DNA from: the human T2T-CHM13v2.0 reference genome, Homo sapiens
Direction: 5' to 3' (one strand)
Assembly (NCBI RefSeq): GCF_009914755.1
Contig: NC_060941.1
Length of the DNA stretch: 64,000 bases
In this document: piece by piece, positions 1 through 11,460 of the stretch
How the letters are laid out: every line of letters begins with the position of its first letter
Position numbering within the stretch: the first letter of the stretch is position 1
Notes under the pieces: generated by a model
Seen by the model: the letters and a program-made list of their open reading frames with translations, nothing else
Database searches by the model: none
Told to the model about the DNA's origin: nothing
Translations under genes and position numbers: made by a program

Positions 1-634
1 CCCAGCTTCACGCCCTGCACTCAACCCTCTTGAGGGTCAGCGCGGGGTCTTCGTGGTTCACCTGTCTCTCCTGCTCTATTGCAAGCCCCTTCTTTTCAGT
101 TGGCTGATGGGGACACTCGGCAGCCCCCATTTTCCCCAGCACCCTTCAAAGGCCTAAGGGCAGTAGGTTAGCCACCCTCAGCCTGCCCTGCAACACCCAA
201 CCCTGCCAGGACAGGGGTCTCTACCTCTGTCCACCAGCAGGGTTAGGACAAGGAAGAGGATCGGGAGCCCGGTCTCATCAGCCCCCTCTTTGCATTGCAG
301 TGGGAATAGCACGGACCTTAGGGTTTGGGTTTCAACGGGAACCTGCTGCATGACCTTGAGGAGGCAACTTAACCTCACCAAGTTCCCAAAAATGGTGGCC
401 AGGAATTCAGATCTCTGCCTTCTGGGGATGGAAGGGTGGTGTTGGCCTGTCTTGGCCTATGGGAGACGTTCCATTCACCTGCCGCCCCCTGTCTCTCATC
501 TCCCCTGTGAGGTCAGGGGAGGTTGTAGTGTACACCTGGGGGAGTGACCCGCCCCACCCCCCAGCCCATCCGTGCCTGGCTCTGCCATCTCTTTCCTCTG
601 CAGCCCCTGCTGGCCTGGTGCCTAGCACTCTGGG

Positions 635-780
635 TAATCGATTAGTTTAATTAGTGAAAATGCCATTCCCTTCTGCCAGCCCCCAGCCTCGCCAGACCCC
701 TCCCAGAACTGCAGAGGAAAGTATCCAATTAATTGAGTGGTAGGTTTCTCAGCTCTGGGCCTGGGCTAAGCCCTAATTAA
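635..780. promoter_or_regulatory. Candidate intronic enhancer: homeodomain motif cluster
   Basis: TAATCGATTA (635-644), TTAATTAG (647-654), CAATTAATTG (726-735) and CTAATTAA (773-780) in otherwise GC-rich DNA. Confidence 0.4.
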
Positions 781-1774
781 GCTCCAGCGCCCTGGGGTAT
801 CGCAGATAATGGATTCGCAGAAGTCTGCCTGTGAAATGGGACTTGCGAGGGCACCTCAAGGCCAGGCACCCCAGGAGATCTGCCCGCAGCCAGCACCACC
901 AGGGGACAGGCCCCCAACTGTTGCATGCATGGCTGGCCGGGGGATGGCACTGAGCCCCCAGCACCACCCCTACACCTGCTGCCTGTATCAGCACCCTCTC
1001 CTCCCCCCACCACCTCCCGCTACTACTGTTCACTCCCTTCCCCACCGTCCAGCCTTCCCCCACCCACCCAACACTTGCACACACTCTATCCCCTTTCCCC
1101 ACGTTCTGCTGCGCACAGGAGCCTGGGCCTCAGGCACAGCCTGGGAGAGCACACCGTGGTGGGACATGAAACGGATTCTGGAGGTCTGGTTTGTGGACCA
1201 AGGTTCACTGCTCACCGTGTGGGGAGAGGTGAGTGGTGGTTGGACCAGGGCTTCTGAACTGCAGAGGTGCTTTTTCCTAAAACCAAGCTCCGATTCCATG
1301 GGCCTGGCGTAGGGCATACATTCCACTTTCCTCAAGATCTCTGCGTGCTCCTCTGCGTGCTGTTGCTGGGCCAGGGGCCACCCTTTGAGGATCGAGGGGC
1401 TGGAGTGAGTGCCCACTGCAGGGTAAGAGGAGTAGCTCTGGAAGCCTCGGTGGAGAGGACGTGCCAGAATGGAGTGGGCACCAGTGGGGAGCTTGGAAGG
1501 GAGGTCTCATTGCCACCAACCCAGAGAGGCATCAGGACGGATCTGGCACTGCAGCGCCTGGGACGAGGTGGTGTCCTGCAGAGAGTCCAGTCAGAGTCAG
1601 CCGGGCACAAATTGCTTATTCAATTCAGATCACTGAGGGTACAGCGGAGTGGCCTCTGCCAAGTACCACGCTGTGCCACCCTCCTTAGGGCGGGGTGCCT
1701 GCTGGTCTTAGGTCTCCAGACTGGATGGAGATGGAGTGCTGGTCAGGGCCCGAGGGGTAGCTGTGCCCATTTGT

Positions 1775-2068
1775 CCTTCGGACATCCCAGCTGCTTTGCT
1801 GTTATCGTGGCCATCGGTCGGGGTGTCACTGGCTGTCCCTGGGGGTGCTGCTGACTCTCCTCTCCAGGTATCACTGGCCACCTCTCAGGGTGTTCCTGGG
1901 TGCCTCTTAAGGCCTTGCTGTCTCTCTAAATAATGCTGGCCAGAACTCTGGTTGTTATTGGAAATGTCACAGTGTCACTGGCTTCTGTCTGGGTGTCGCA
2001 GGATGTATTTGTCTCAGGGTATCAGCAGCCATCCCTCAGGCTGTCTCTCCAGCTGTCTTCTCAGGTTG
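1775..2068. repeat. Highly decayed ~21-23 bp minisatellite
   Basis: Recurring unit close to CAGGGTGTCACTGGCTGTCTCT, e.g. 1820-1840, 1864-1885, 1970-1990, 2015-2036. Confidence 0.45.
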
Positions 2069-2326
2069 CATGATGCTGATGTGGCCGATGAGAGACAGGG
2101 CTTGAACCCGGCCCAGGCCCGACTGCTCAGGGAGGCACACTGAGACTTTGTCCCCCGGGAATGGTTTGGCCTGATTCTCCCTCAGGCTCTTGGAGGAAAG
2201 CCCTCTTGGGCGCTATTGTCCCAGCAGGAGGTCCCCCGAGGCTCCTGGGCCCAAAGTGGCGTGAGACCACCCCAGAGAGTGCCTCTGCTTTCAATTCCTG
2301 CTTGTCCCCCAAGAAATGTCGCAGGG

Positions 2327-2630
2327 GGCCGGACACGGTGGCTCACGCCTGTAATCCCAGCACTTTGGGAGGCCGAGACAGGTGGATTGCCTGAGCTCAG
2401 GAGTTCGAGACCAGCCTGGGCAACATGGCAAAACCCCATCTCTACCAAAAAATACAAAATATTAGCTGGGCATGGTGGTGCATGCCTGTGATCCCAGCTA
2501 CTCGGGAGGCTGAGGCAGGAGAATCACTTGAACCCAGGAAGCAGAGGCTGCAGTGAGCTGAGATCCTGCCACTGCACCACTCCAGACTGGGCGACAGAGT
2601 GAGACTCCATCCCTCCCCCACCCAAAAAAA
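2327..2630 (+). mobile_element. Alu (AluS-like)
   Basis: Dimeric Alu consensus; aagaaatgtc on both flanks (TSD-like). Confidence 0.95.
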
Positions 2631-2659
2631 GAAATGTCCCTGGGAAACAGGGAAAAGAG

Positions 2660-2850
2660 GGAGCTTAAAGCCAGGCAGACCCAGGTTCCAGATACCGGCT
2701 GCGTGGCGTGGCCAATTATTCAGTCTCTTCTACGGAAAGAACTGGGATGAGAGGAGCAGTCTCCAAGGGCAGCTGTGGGAAAGAAAAGCAGTAGTGTCTG
2801 CAGAGCTCCTGGCACAGTGCTCAGCATACAGCAGGTGCTTAACAGATAAC
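2660..2850 (+). mobile_element. MIR
   Basis: Degenerate MIR core and cctggcacagtg...aggtgcttaacag end. Confidence 0.5.
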
Positions 2851-4847
2851 TCCTCCCCACTCCAACCCCAAGGGCCCGGTACGGCCTGACTCGGGAGTGA
2901 GGCAGGGGCCCTGGAAGGCAGCACTGAAGGGTCTCCCTGCACACTGCGCTCCTCCCGCCCAGCCTGGGCCTGTGAACAAGGCCGGGGTGTTGTGCCATGC
3001 TCGGCTCCACACATGTTGTCATTACCCAGGGGCTTCTCAGCATGGATTTGTGGAAAATTTAATAAAAGGATATTAAATACCAGCTCCAGACAGCCTGTGA
3101 TGTGTGCATATCTTCCAGAGCCTCCGGATTGGGGCATCTGCCGCCAGGCGCTCAGAGACCCTCCCCACTTGCACGGGTGATAGGTACCCTCTCCTCACTC
3201 CCCTCTCTGTCTCTGTCTCTCCTGCCTTCATTTACACCTCCCTGGATCCCAGTCCTTTGGAGGCTGGAGTTGCTAATGTAATTACCTGCCATGTTCCAGA
3301 AAGCCTCTGCCTGGAAACCAGCTCCAAGAACAGAGCTTCTGTAGCAGCCTCTGGAGAGGTTCCCCAATGAGGGTGCTCCTTCAGAAGGGCCTTGGTGGCC
3401 GGGCGGAACTGGGCATAGGGTCTTGGCTTCTCCTGGGATGCCTGGTGGATAGGGCTGGACTTGATCTCTGGTTTCAAGTGGGTTCTGTAATTCCAACAGG
3501 AAGGCCTATGGAGTAGCTCCTTGGTGGCCAGTAGCTCCTTGGTGGCTCTGAGAAGATGATGAGGGCCGTTGTGAGCTCAGTGCTTCTCAGCACTTGCATG
3601 TCACCCACCTTTGTGCCTCATGATCATTCAGCCCCACCCTAGAGCCTAGAAACGGGGAGGAAGGGAGGTGCTGCCAGGGACCCCTCCCTTCTCAAAGTCA
3701 CCTGCTTTTCAACACCCGTCTTTCCTTCCTTCACTCACACACTGCTTTGGAGTTTGACTGCGTGTCAAGCTCTTGGTTTCTAGGCCCTGCTTCTTGGGAC
3801 CTATAAAAGTGTGGATGGGGGCTGTGCTCTTGGGCAGGAGTCTGCAGAGAGCTGGGCATGGGGACTGACCAGTCCCCTATTATGGGCTGGGGACCTGTTT
3901 GCAGCCTTCGTATCTTGCCAATCTACATGTGCAGGCAAGAGGTGGTTTTGGAGTTGCGCGACCTCCAGCGCGTCAGCATAACCTCTGTGCTGTTTTCCTA
4001 CAAAATAAAGCCCAGATGCCTTTCCGGCTCCCCCCACGGGGTTGCCCTGATGGTTTAAGACGATAACAGATATGAAAATCCTCTGTAAACAGGAAGGCTT
4101 CACCACTCTTGGAACTCAAGATTGCTGTAAAGAGGAGGGCAGTGACCTCCATCAGTATATTAAATTCATTAAGAAATAAACCCGGGGAATGTGTTACAGT
4201 CCTGGGAGAGGATCCTGCTCACTCTGCACAGATCCCCTTGGGCCAGGGATGGGGAAGGCCCCGGAAAGTGAGTTATGGAGCCTAAGGAGACTTTTCTGTG
4301 GTTTCTGCTGATTCTGTGGATGCCAGAGCCCAGCAGCTGCCCGGCCCCTCCTTGCTCACAGGAGCAGGCGGCATTGCAGCAGGAGGGATTTAGGGGTGGC
4401 TGAGAAGGTGGTGACTCAGTTCAGAAATGGGTGGAGAAGAGAAATCCCGGGAGTTTGGTGTCTCTGCAGCTGAGAGGTCCACCTGGTGTTCTGACTGGGT
4501 GGCAGCATGGGTAGATGCGAGTGTGAGGGCGCACCTGTGAGCCGGCCACATGTGCTTGTGCATGCAGGGGCGGGGGGTCCATGTGGAGTGGGGAATCCCA
4601 CGTGATGTGGAGATTCAGTTCGACACAACACGGAGCAGTGAACACAGCATGGGATTCAGGGACAAGCAGAGCCTCAAACTGGACGGCGTTGCTCTGCAGC
4701 GAGGCCTGACCCTCAGCAGATGCTCAGGAAGGGGGAGTGGCCCTTGAGATCATGACCCGCTCCATCCCAGCCACCCCTAGGCGATGTCCTCACAGAGCAG
4801 CTCCCATCCAGCAGAAGGCTCACCTCTGCCCCTCTCTCCTGCTCCAG

Positions 4848-4954
4848 AAAAAAAGCAAGGTGCACTACCATGTCGCAGTCATCATCAACTACCTGGGCCA
4901 CTGTATCTCCCTGGTGGCCCTCCTGGTGGCCTTTGTCCTCTTTCTGCGGCTCAG
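4848..4954 (+). CDS. CRHR1: CRHR1 coding exon (exon 5 in 14-exon numbering): end of ectodomain and TM1
   Basis: cctgctccag|AAAAAAAGC...CTCAG|gtgaga; 107 nt encoding [36 protein letters not shown], matching corticotropin-releasing hormone receptor 1. Upstream exons lie before the window. Confidence 0.98.
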
Positions 4955-5193
4955 GTGAGAAGACCCCAGCACTGCCTCCTCCTGTCCCCAGGACCTAGAG
5001 CAGAAGCAGGGTGGAGAAGTGAGAGGAGCAGCTCTAGGTTGGGGTGGGGGTTGCTGGGAGAGGGTGGCAGGGGCTGGCTTATCTGAGAGTCTCAGGTCTC
5101 TGGGAACCTCTGGCAGAGCCGCTCTGCCCTCTCCCCAGTAGCTGCTGGAATGGTGGGGAGGGACAAAACTTGTCTTATGTCACCCATACCCAG

Positions 5194-5280
5194 GCCAGGC
5201 TGCACCCATTGGGGTGACCAGGCAGATGGAGCCCTGGAGGTGGGGGCTCCATGGAGTGGTGCCCCATTTCAGGTTCGAAG
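5194..5280 (+). CDS. CRHR1: CRHR1 alternative cassette exon 6 (29-aa insert in intracellular loop 1, beta isoform)
   Basis: cccag|GCCAGGC...CGAAG|gtacct; 87 nt, frame-preserving, encodes PGCTHWGDQADGALEVGAPWSGAPFQVRR. Confidence 0.93.
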
Positions 5281-5726
5281 GTACCTGGGCCCCAGCACTA
5301 CCGCCAAGGATGCAGGTGGCAGAGCCGGGGATGGGGATGGTTGGGATCAGGAGCCGAGCATCAGGGCTGGAGGCTGGGAGCAGGGCTGACCCCTGTGACT
5401 GTCCATCCTGGAATGGCAGGGAGTAGAAGGCACCCCCAGGGGAAGCGGGCATCGCCAGGAATCCAGCTGCCCTGGTCCATGGAGCACAGGCTCCATGGAG
5501 TGCCAGGCTCTGCCTGGGGCTTATGTCTGGGTGGGCTGCAGGCAGGAAGGGCTCCATGGGGCATTAGGAGAGCCTGGCTGTCACCTCCCTGTGTGACTTG
5601 GCCAGTCAGCCCCACCCTGTGCCTCAGTTTCCTCATCTACACATCTGGGCTGGGGTGATGGAGGTGGCCTACCCCTCATCCTCTCTCTCCTATCGCTCCC
5701 ATCATCCACCCGCCCTGCTGCACCAG

Positions 5727-5847
5727 GAGCATCCGGTGCCTGCGAAACATCATCCACTGGAACCTCATCTCCGCCTTCATCCTGCGCAACGCCACCTGGT
5801 TCGTGGTCCAGCTAACCATGAGCCCCGAGGTCCACCAGAGCAACGTG
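5727..5847 (+). CDS. CRHR1: CRHR1 exon 7 (TM2)
   Basis: caccag|GAGCATC...AACGTG|gtacgt; 121 nt, [40 protein letters not shown]. Confidence 0.98.
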
Positions 5848-6049
5848 GTACGTCCTGGCAGGGGAGCGGGGAGCAGGTCAGGCCAAACCCAGGTCAGAGG
5901 AGGGGCCCGCCTGCCCTGCAGAGGAGGAGCCCACAGAACAGGAGTGGGATCCCAGGGTATGCCCTGTCCTGCCCTGGGGAGGCCCAGGCCCAGGGTTTGG
6001 TGCCTCCCCTGCCCCCCATCATCATCTCTGGTTGGGGGTGGGGTGGCAG

Positions 6050-6203
6050 GGCTGGTGCAGGTTGGTGACAGCCGCCTACAACTACTTCCATGTGACCAAC
6101 TTCTTCTGGATGTTCGGCGAGGGCTGCTACCTGCACACAGCCATCGTGCTCACCTACTCCACTGACCGGCTGCGCAAATGGATGTTCATCTGCATTGGCT
6201 GGG
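6050..6203 (+). CDS. CRHR1: CRHR1 exon 8 (TM3 to start of TM4)
   Basis: ggcag|GGCTGGTGC...TGGG|gtgagc; 154 nt, [29 protein letters not shown]... with the class B GPCR WMFGEG motif. Confidence 0.98.
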
Positions 6204-6512
6204 GTGAGCTGGGCAGCCACCTCCGCAGCCTGGGCAGTGGCGGCCGCCGGGCTGCCCTCTCCTCCAGACTCAGGCCAGCGGGCTGGGGGGCCTGAGGGAT
6301 GGAGGTCGGGTTGGGGCGGTAAGGTGTGCACGATAGCCCTCTGCTCCTCTTGGGGGTGGGCGGCAGTAGAAGCACCTTGAAGGAGGTGTGTGAGTTTGAG
6401 ATCCACCCTGAGTAACCCCAGACCCCCTGGAGCCTGGGCTGCACTGGGGTTCTCCAGGCCCACATCCTCCAGCCCCCGCTGAGGGCTCTGTGACAGCCCA
6501 TCTCTCCCCCAG

Positions 6513-6573
6513 GTGTGCCCTTCCCCATCATTGTGGCCTGGGCCATTGGGAAGCTGTACTACGACAATGAGAA
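6513..6573 (+). CDS. CRHR1: CRHR1 exon 9 (TM4)
   Basis: ccccag|GTGTGCCC...GAGAA|gtaagt; 61 nt, VPFPIIVAWAIGKLYYDNEK. Confidence 0.98.
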
Positions 6574-6809
6574 GTAAGTCATCTCCTTTCCCTTCCTGAC
6601 CCCAAGGTTTAGGCTCCCAGCCCAGCTTGGTGACACTCCCCACGGGCATTGGCCATGCTGGCTTTTTCCCCTCAGGACCATGGTTTCTGCATCTATAAAG
6701 GGAGAGATCTGGGGGCTGGACTCATTCAGAGGGTCCCTGCCTGTGCTCTGCCTGGGTGGGGCTGGACAAGCAGGACCCAGCCTCCTTTATCTGCCTTGAG
6801 CTTACACAG

Positions 6810-7015
6810 GAAGCAGCCTGGAGCCAGACTGCCCAGGTTCAAATAGCTGTGTGACCTTGGACAGATTACTGCAGTGTGCCTCAGTTTCCTCATCTGTAAA
6901 ATGGACATGCTACTGCCTCAAAGGGCTGTTGTGGGGTGATATGAGTCCATCTATATTAAGCATTTACAATAGCTCCTGGCACATAGAGTAAATGCTATAT
7001 AAATGTGTTCTATTA
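6810..7015 (+). mobile_element. MIR
   Basis: tgtgaccttgg...cctcagtttcctcatctgtaaaatgg core. Confidence 0.8.
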
Positions 7016-7165
7016 ATATTAAGACATCTTAATAAAAGAGTCCATGAATTTAATAGAAGTGGACCTAGATGATCTCAGAGGCTTCTTCCAGCTCTGAAGT
7101 TCTTTGGTTCCTTATGAAATGGACTCAGATGTTTCCAATCGTGCCTGGAAACTTGATTTCTGCTG

Positions 7166-7342
7166 CAGTGGAGCTCAACTTTGGCTCACATTAGAATCAC
7201 CTGGAATGCTTGGAAAAGTACCAATGCCCAGGCTTCACCCTCAGAGAATCAGGCGCAATTGGTCTGGGGTGTGGCCTGGCACCCAGAAGTCTTGAAAACT
7301 GCCCAGGTGATTCTAATGTGCAGCTCAGATTGAGAACCACTG
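7166..7342. mobile_element. MER5-family hAT DNA transposon
   Basis: cagtgg...ttagaatcacctgg...ccaggtgattctaatgtgcagc...tgagaaccactg with terminal inverted repeats. Confidence 0.8.
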
Positions 7343-7608
7343 AGAGAGAGCGGGGCAGAAAAGGTGGACATGGATGGCAGGGGAGCCCCAGGACCTTCTT
7401 TGCCAAACAAGTGTTCCCGGGAACCTATCTGACTGACGGACCTGGCGTCCAAGTGGCCTCCACCACAGTGACAAGCCCTCTCCTCCCCCATGGAGGGGAG
7501 GGGGCCTGCACGGCTTCATTGGGCTGAAAGAGGAGCCTGGAAGATTATCTTGCGTGTTTATGTGGTTGACTCCCTCCTGACTCCCTCCTGACTCAGGCTG
7601 GCTGAGGC

Positions 7609-8095
<487 letters not shown>

Positions 8096-8770
8096 TTAAA
8101 AAATCCAAAGGTTTCATTTACAAATCTCAATTTCTGGCTTATGAGATCTAGCCACTGGGGGTCTTCATACCCACGAGGACATAAGGGCTTCCAGTTTGTC
8201 TGGTCCCCACCCACTCCCCAGGCCTCCCTGGAGCTTGCTGGAGGGACACTCGGGAAAATGCAAAGCAATTACCTCCTGCAGCAGGTAGAACCTGTGCAAG
8301 TATTCCTCTCAAGGTTGTTCAGGCTGTGACTGGACAGATTCAGGCTGAGATTGCGAACTGCTGGGTGCCCACTGGGTGACAGGTGTGGTGCCACTCCCAC
8401 CAGCAGCCCCCCAGAGGGCATGCTGGGCCTCAGCCACTGCCAGGGGACTGTGAGGAGGAGCCGAGGATGCAGCCTCGTGTTGGGCCCATGCCCGTTCCCA
8501 GCCACTCAGTCTTTCCCACTGTCTACCTCCTGCCCCGGTGCTTGCTTCCAACTTTGCATCTCATCACAGAGGATGCTGTCCGTTCTGCAGATGGGACAAT
8601 TGAGGCATGGCAGTGGGATCAAGTGACTTGACCTTCTGCCAGGGTTGGAATTGGGACATCTACCTCTTGGCCTCCAGCCCCAGTCCTGTCCTGGCCAAGC
8701 ACTGTCCCTCCCCATGCCATCGAGGTGGACGCAGATGACCCTTCCTCCCCTTTCCTCTGTGGCCTTCTAG

Positions 8771-8843
8771 GTGCTGGTTTGGCAAAAGGCCTGGGGTGTA
8801 CACCGACTACATCTACCAGGGCCCCATGATCCTGGTCCTGCTG
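8771..8843 (+). CDS. CRHR1: CRHR1 exon 10 (ECL2 to TM5)
   Basis: ttctag|GTGCTGG...CTGCTG|gtaaga; 73 nt, [24 protein letters not shown]. Confidence 0.98.
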
Positions 8844-9084
8844 GTAAGAACCTGGGTAGGGGCAGGAGACAGGGCCCAGTGGGGAGGGGCAATCAGTGCC
8901 AACCGTGGACAGAAAGGACCCCTCTACCTAGAGGTGGGGGCCACCCAAAGAGGGGGCATGGGTCAGAGATGTGCAGGTGCTCATGAGGAGGAGGGAGAAC
9001 AGCAGGGGCACTGAGGCCAGAGCTGAGAAGCCTGGGTCCCAAGCCTCTTGCACACTCCGGCCCGCTGGTGTGCTCAAATTGCAG

Positions 9085-9170
9085 ATCAATTTCATCTTCC
9101 TTTTCAACATCGTCCGCATCCTCATGACCAAGCTCCGGGCATCCACCACGTCTGAGACCATTCAGTACAG
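9085..9170 (+). CDS. CRHR1: CRHR1 exon 11 (TM5 to ICL3)
   Basis: ttgcag|ATCAAT...TACAG|gtaacc; 86 nt, [29 protein letters not shown]. Confidence 0.98.
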
Positions 9171-9346
9171 GTAACCGGGTACCACCTTCCTCAGGCCTCC
9201 CCCTGATGAAACCCCTGCTCCCCATGCCTCTCACGTGCCAGAGACCTGCCACTCCCTCCCCCGACCTGGCCCTCTTTGCCGAGCCAGCGGGCAGCCCGTC
9301 CTGGGGTGGGCTGTGACTCCGAGCCTCCCCACCCGCCCCACCCCAG

Positions 9347-9482
9347 GAAGGCTGTGAAAGCCACTCTGGTGCTGCTGCCCCTCCTGGGCATCACCTACAT
9401 GCTGTTCTTCGTCAATCCCGGGGAGGATGAGGTCTCCCGGGTCGTCTTCATCTACTTCAACTCCTTCCTGGAATCCTTCCAG
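9347..9482 (+). CDS. CRHR1: CRHR1 exon 12 (TM6 to TM7)
   Basis: ccccag|GAAGGCT...TTCCAG|gtacag; 136 nt, [45 protein letters not shown]. Confidence 0.98.
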
Positions 9483-9639
9483 GTACAGCCCTGGAGGGAC
9501 ACATCAGCACCTCCTTGGGTGGGGATTCTGCCAAGCAGAGGCCTGGAGGGCAGGAGGCCAGGGAGAAGCAAGGGGCAGCCCAGAGGCTGGGTGGGCAACA
9601 CCTGCAGCCGACCTTTGACGCCTCCTCTCTCCTCCCCAG

Positions 9640-9681
9640 GGCTTCTTTGTGTCTGTGTTCTACTGTTTCCTCAATAGTGAG
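9640..9681 (+). CDS. CRHR1: CRHR1 exon 13 (42 nt, TM7; skipped in the CRHR1d isoform)
   Basis: ccccag|GGCTTC...AGTGAG|gtgagg; [14 protein letters not shown], phase 0 at both ends. Confidence 0.97.
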
Positions 9682-10256
9682 GTGAGGACCCGGGGGCCCT
9701 GCAGCGGGGTTCAGGGCTGTGAGGCCTGTTGGGACTGGCGATTGTCTAGAGCCTTCTCCTCCCCTCCCAGGGCTGCCTCTCTCCCTCCCTGCTCCTAGGT
9801 CCCTAGGGGTATGCTGCTGGGAGCCCCAGGGTGGCCCCTCCCACCTGTCCACTCCCACAGTGACAGCCCCCTCCTTTGCTCTCAGAGGCCGCTGGCACCA
9901 GGCTGGAAGCCAGAGCTCCAGTATCTTTGATGAGCCTGTGAAAACCAGGAAGGGCTGAGCCCTGGGCAGGGGATACATGTGGGTTGAGGGCAGGGAGCCT
10001 TCATGGCAAAGGGCATATGGTGCCTTCGTGTGGGTTAGAAAAGGGTGCCCCTTCCCCAGGACATTTGAGAAACCTGTTCCGACAAATATGCAAAGCAGTC
10101 GTGTTAAGGCTGTGAGTGTCATCCCCTACTGAGGACTTCCATGTACTCAGCTGACCTGCACAGCCGCTTACCTGCACAGCTGCTCGTGGCGGCCCAGGGG
10201 AGGGAGGGGGTCCTGAGCCACAGGCTCAGATGTCGTGCTCCTCCCTGTGCCCACAG

Positions 10257-10397
10257 GTCCGTTCTGCCATCCGGAAGAGGTGGCACCGGTGGCAGGACAA
10301 GCACTCGATCCGTGCCCGAGTGGCCCGTGCCATGTCCATCCCCACCTCCCCAACCCGTGTCAGCTTTCACAGCATCAAGCAGTCCACAGCAGTCTGA
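10257..10397 (+). CDS. CRHR1: CRHR1 last coding exon (helix 8 and C-tail ending STAV, class I PDZ ligand)
   Basis: ccacag|GTCCGT...GTCTGA; 46 aa plus stop. Splice phases agree across all exons. Confidence 0.98.
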   Translation, partial: VRSAIRKRWHRWQDKHSIRARVARAMSIPTSPTRVSFHSIKQSTAV

Positions 10398-11460
10398 GCT
10401 GGCAGGTCATGGAGCAGCCCCCAAAGAGCTGTGGCTGGGGGGATGACGGCCAGGCTCCCTGACCACCCTGCCTGTGGAGGTGACCTGTTAGGTCTCATGC
10501 CCACTCCCCCAGGAGCAGCTGGCACTGACAGCCTGGGGGGGCCGCTCTCCCCCTGCAGCCGTGCAGGACTCTAGCTCATGAGTGGAAAGTCACCTACAGG
10601 ACTGGGCCGGGCCCAGGGCCTCTGGCTTCCCTGCCCAATCCTCCCTGGAGAAGGGACATGGGAATGAATTGAAATGGGGCGCTGGACACCTACAGCAGCA
10701 CGCATGTCCCTCCAAGGCTGTCTTCTCCCAGAGCACAAGAAGGCCAGCCCACTGGGCCCTGGGGCTGCCCTCGGCAACCGTGGGGAGGCCATTTGCTGCC
10801 CTGGGGCATCATGGGCAACTCGTGACAGCCTCTGACTCACCACGATGACGCCTCTGGACCTCGGTGATGCCTTCCGACACCACTGGGAACCAAGGGCCCT
10901 CACTCAGGAACCCTGGAGACAGAAGTCAGGTGTCATCATCAGACTTGCGGCCACAGCACTAGAGTCACCCCCCCAGGCCTCCAGAACCTTACTGGCACTG
11001 TGGCACTGCCACCAGCAATGCCCTGCCTTGCTGCCTTCACCCTGAACATTTAGTACCCTGCAGGCCAGGCCGGCTTCCCCTCACTTAACCACCCCATACC
11101 AGTCACCTCCTGCTCCTTTTCCTCTTTTGTGAGAAGATGGGGGCTGGAGGGGGCAGAGTGGCCTGTGAGCAAGAGCCAGGGGTGTCCCAGTCCCAGCCTC
11201 TGGGGCAGAGCTTGTAGCCCTGGATGGCCTCTGGGGCAGGACCACTAGCTAAGCAAGCCAGGAGAAGACCCCTGCCCAAGTGGCTCTTGGGACAACTTGC
11301 TGCTTACACTCCAGGTGTGGACCGGCCGCAGCCCCCACTGACCTGCCCATGTCCAGAGGGACTGGACAGCCAGGGCAGGGCTTTGGGGGGCACTAGAAGA
11401 TGAGGGTGTCGGCTGTGAGGCGGGTGGCTGGTATAAATAATATTTATCTTTTCAACCAGC
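10398..11460 (+). other. CRHR1: CRHR1 3' UTR (3' end approximate)
   Basis: Follows the stop codon; ends shortly after the only AT-rich island, gTATAAATAATATTTAT (11431-11447). Confidence 0.7.
11432..11437 (+). terminator. Probable non-canonical poly(A) signal TATAAA of CRHR1
   Basis: Variant hexamer about 1.03 kb after the stop, followed by T/GT-rich sequence; I saw no AATAAA in the UTR. Confidence 0.55.

Noticed and set aside
809-1854. Overlapping 128-195 aa ORFs in CRHR1 intron 4, considered as a processed pseudogene
   Set aside because: No protein similarity I recognise, no poly(A) or TSD, and high GC explains the open frames.
5894-6649. 251-aa minus-strand ORF
   Set aside because: Antisense shadow of CRHR1 exons 8-9 and GC-rich introns; no recognisable domain.
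7567-7595. 11-bp tandem tgactccctcc ending in an AP-1 site (TGACTCA) beside a truncated Alu
   Set aside because: Short slippage repeat; a single 7-mer is not evidence of function.
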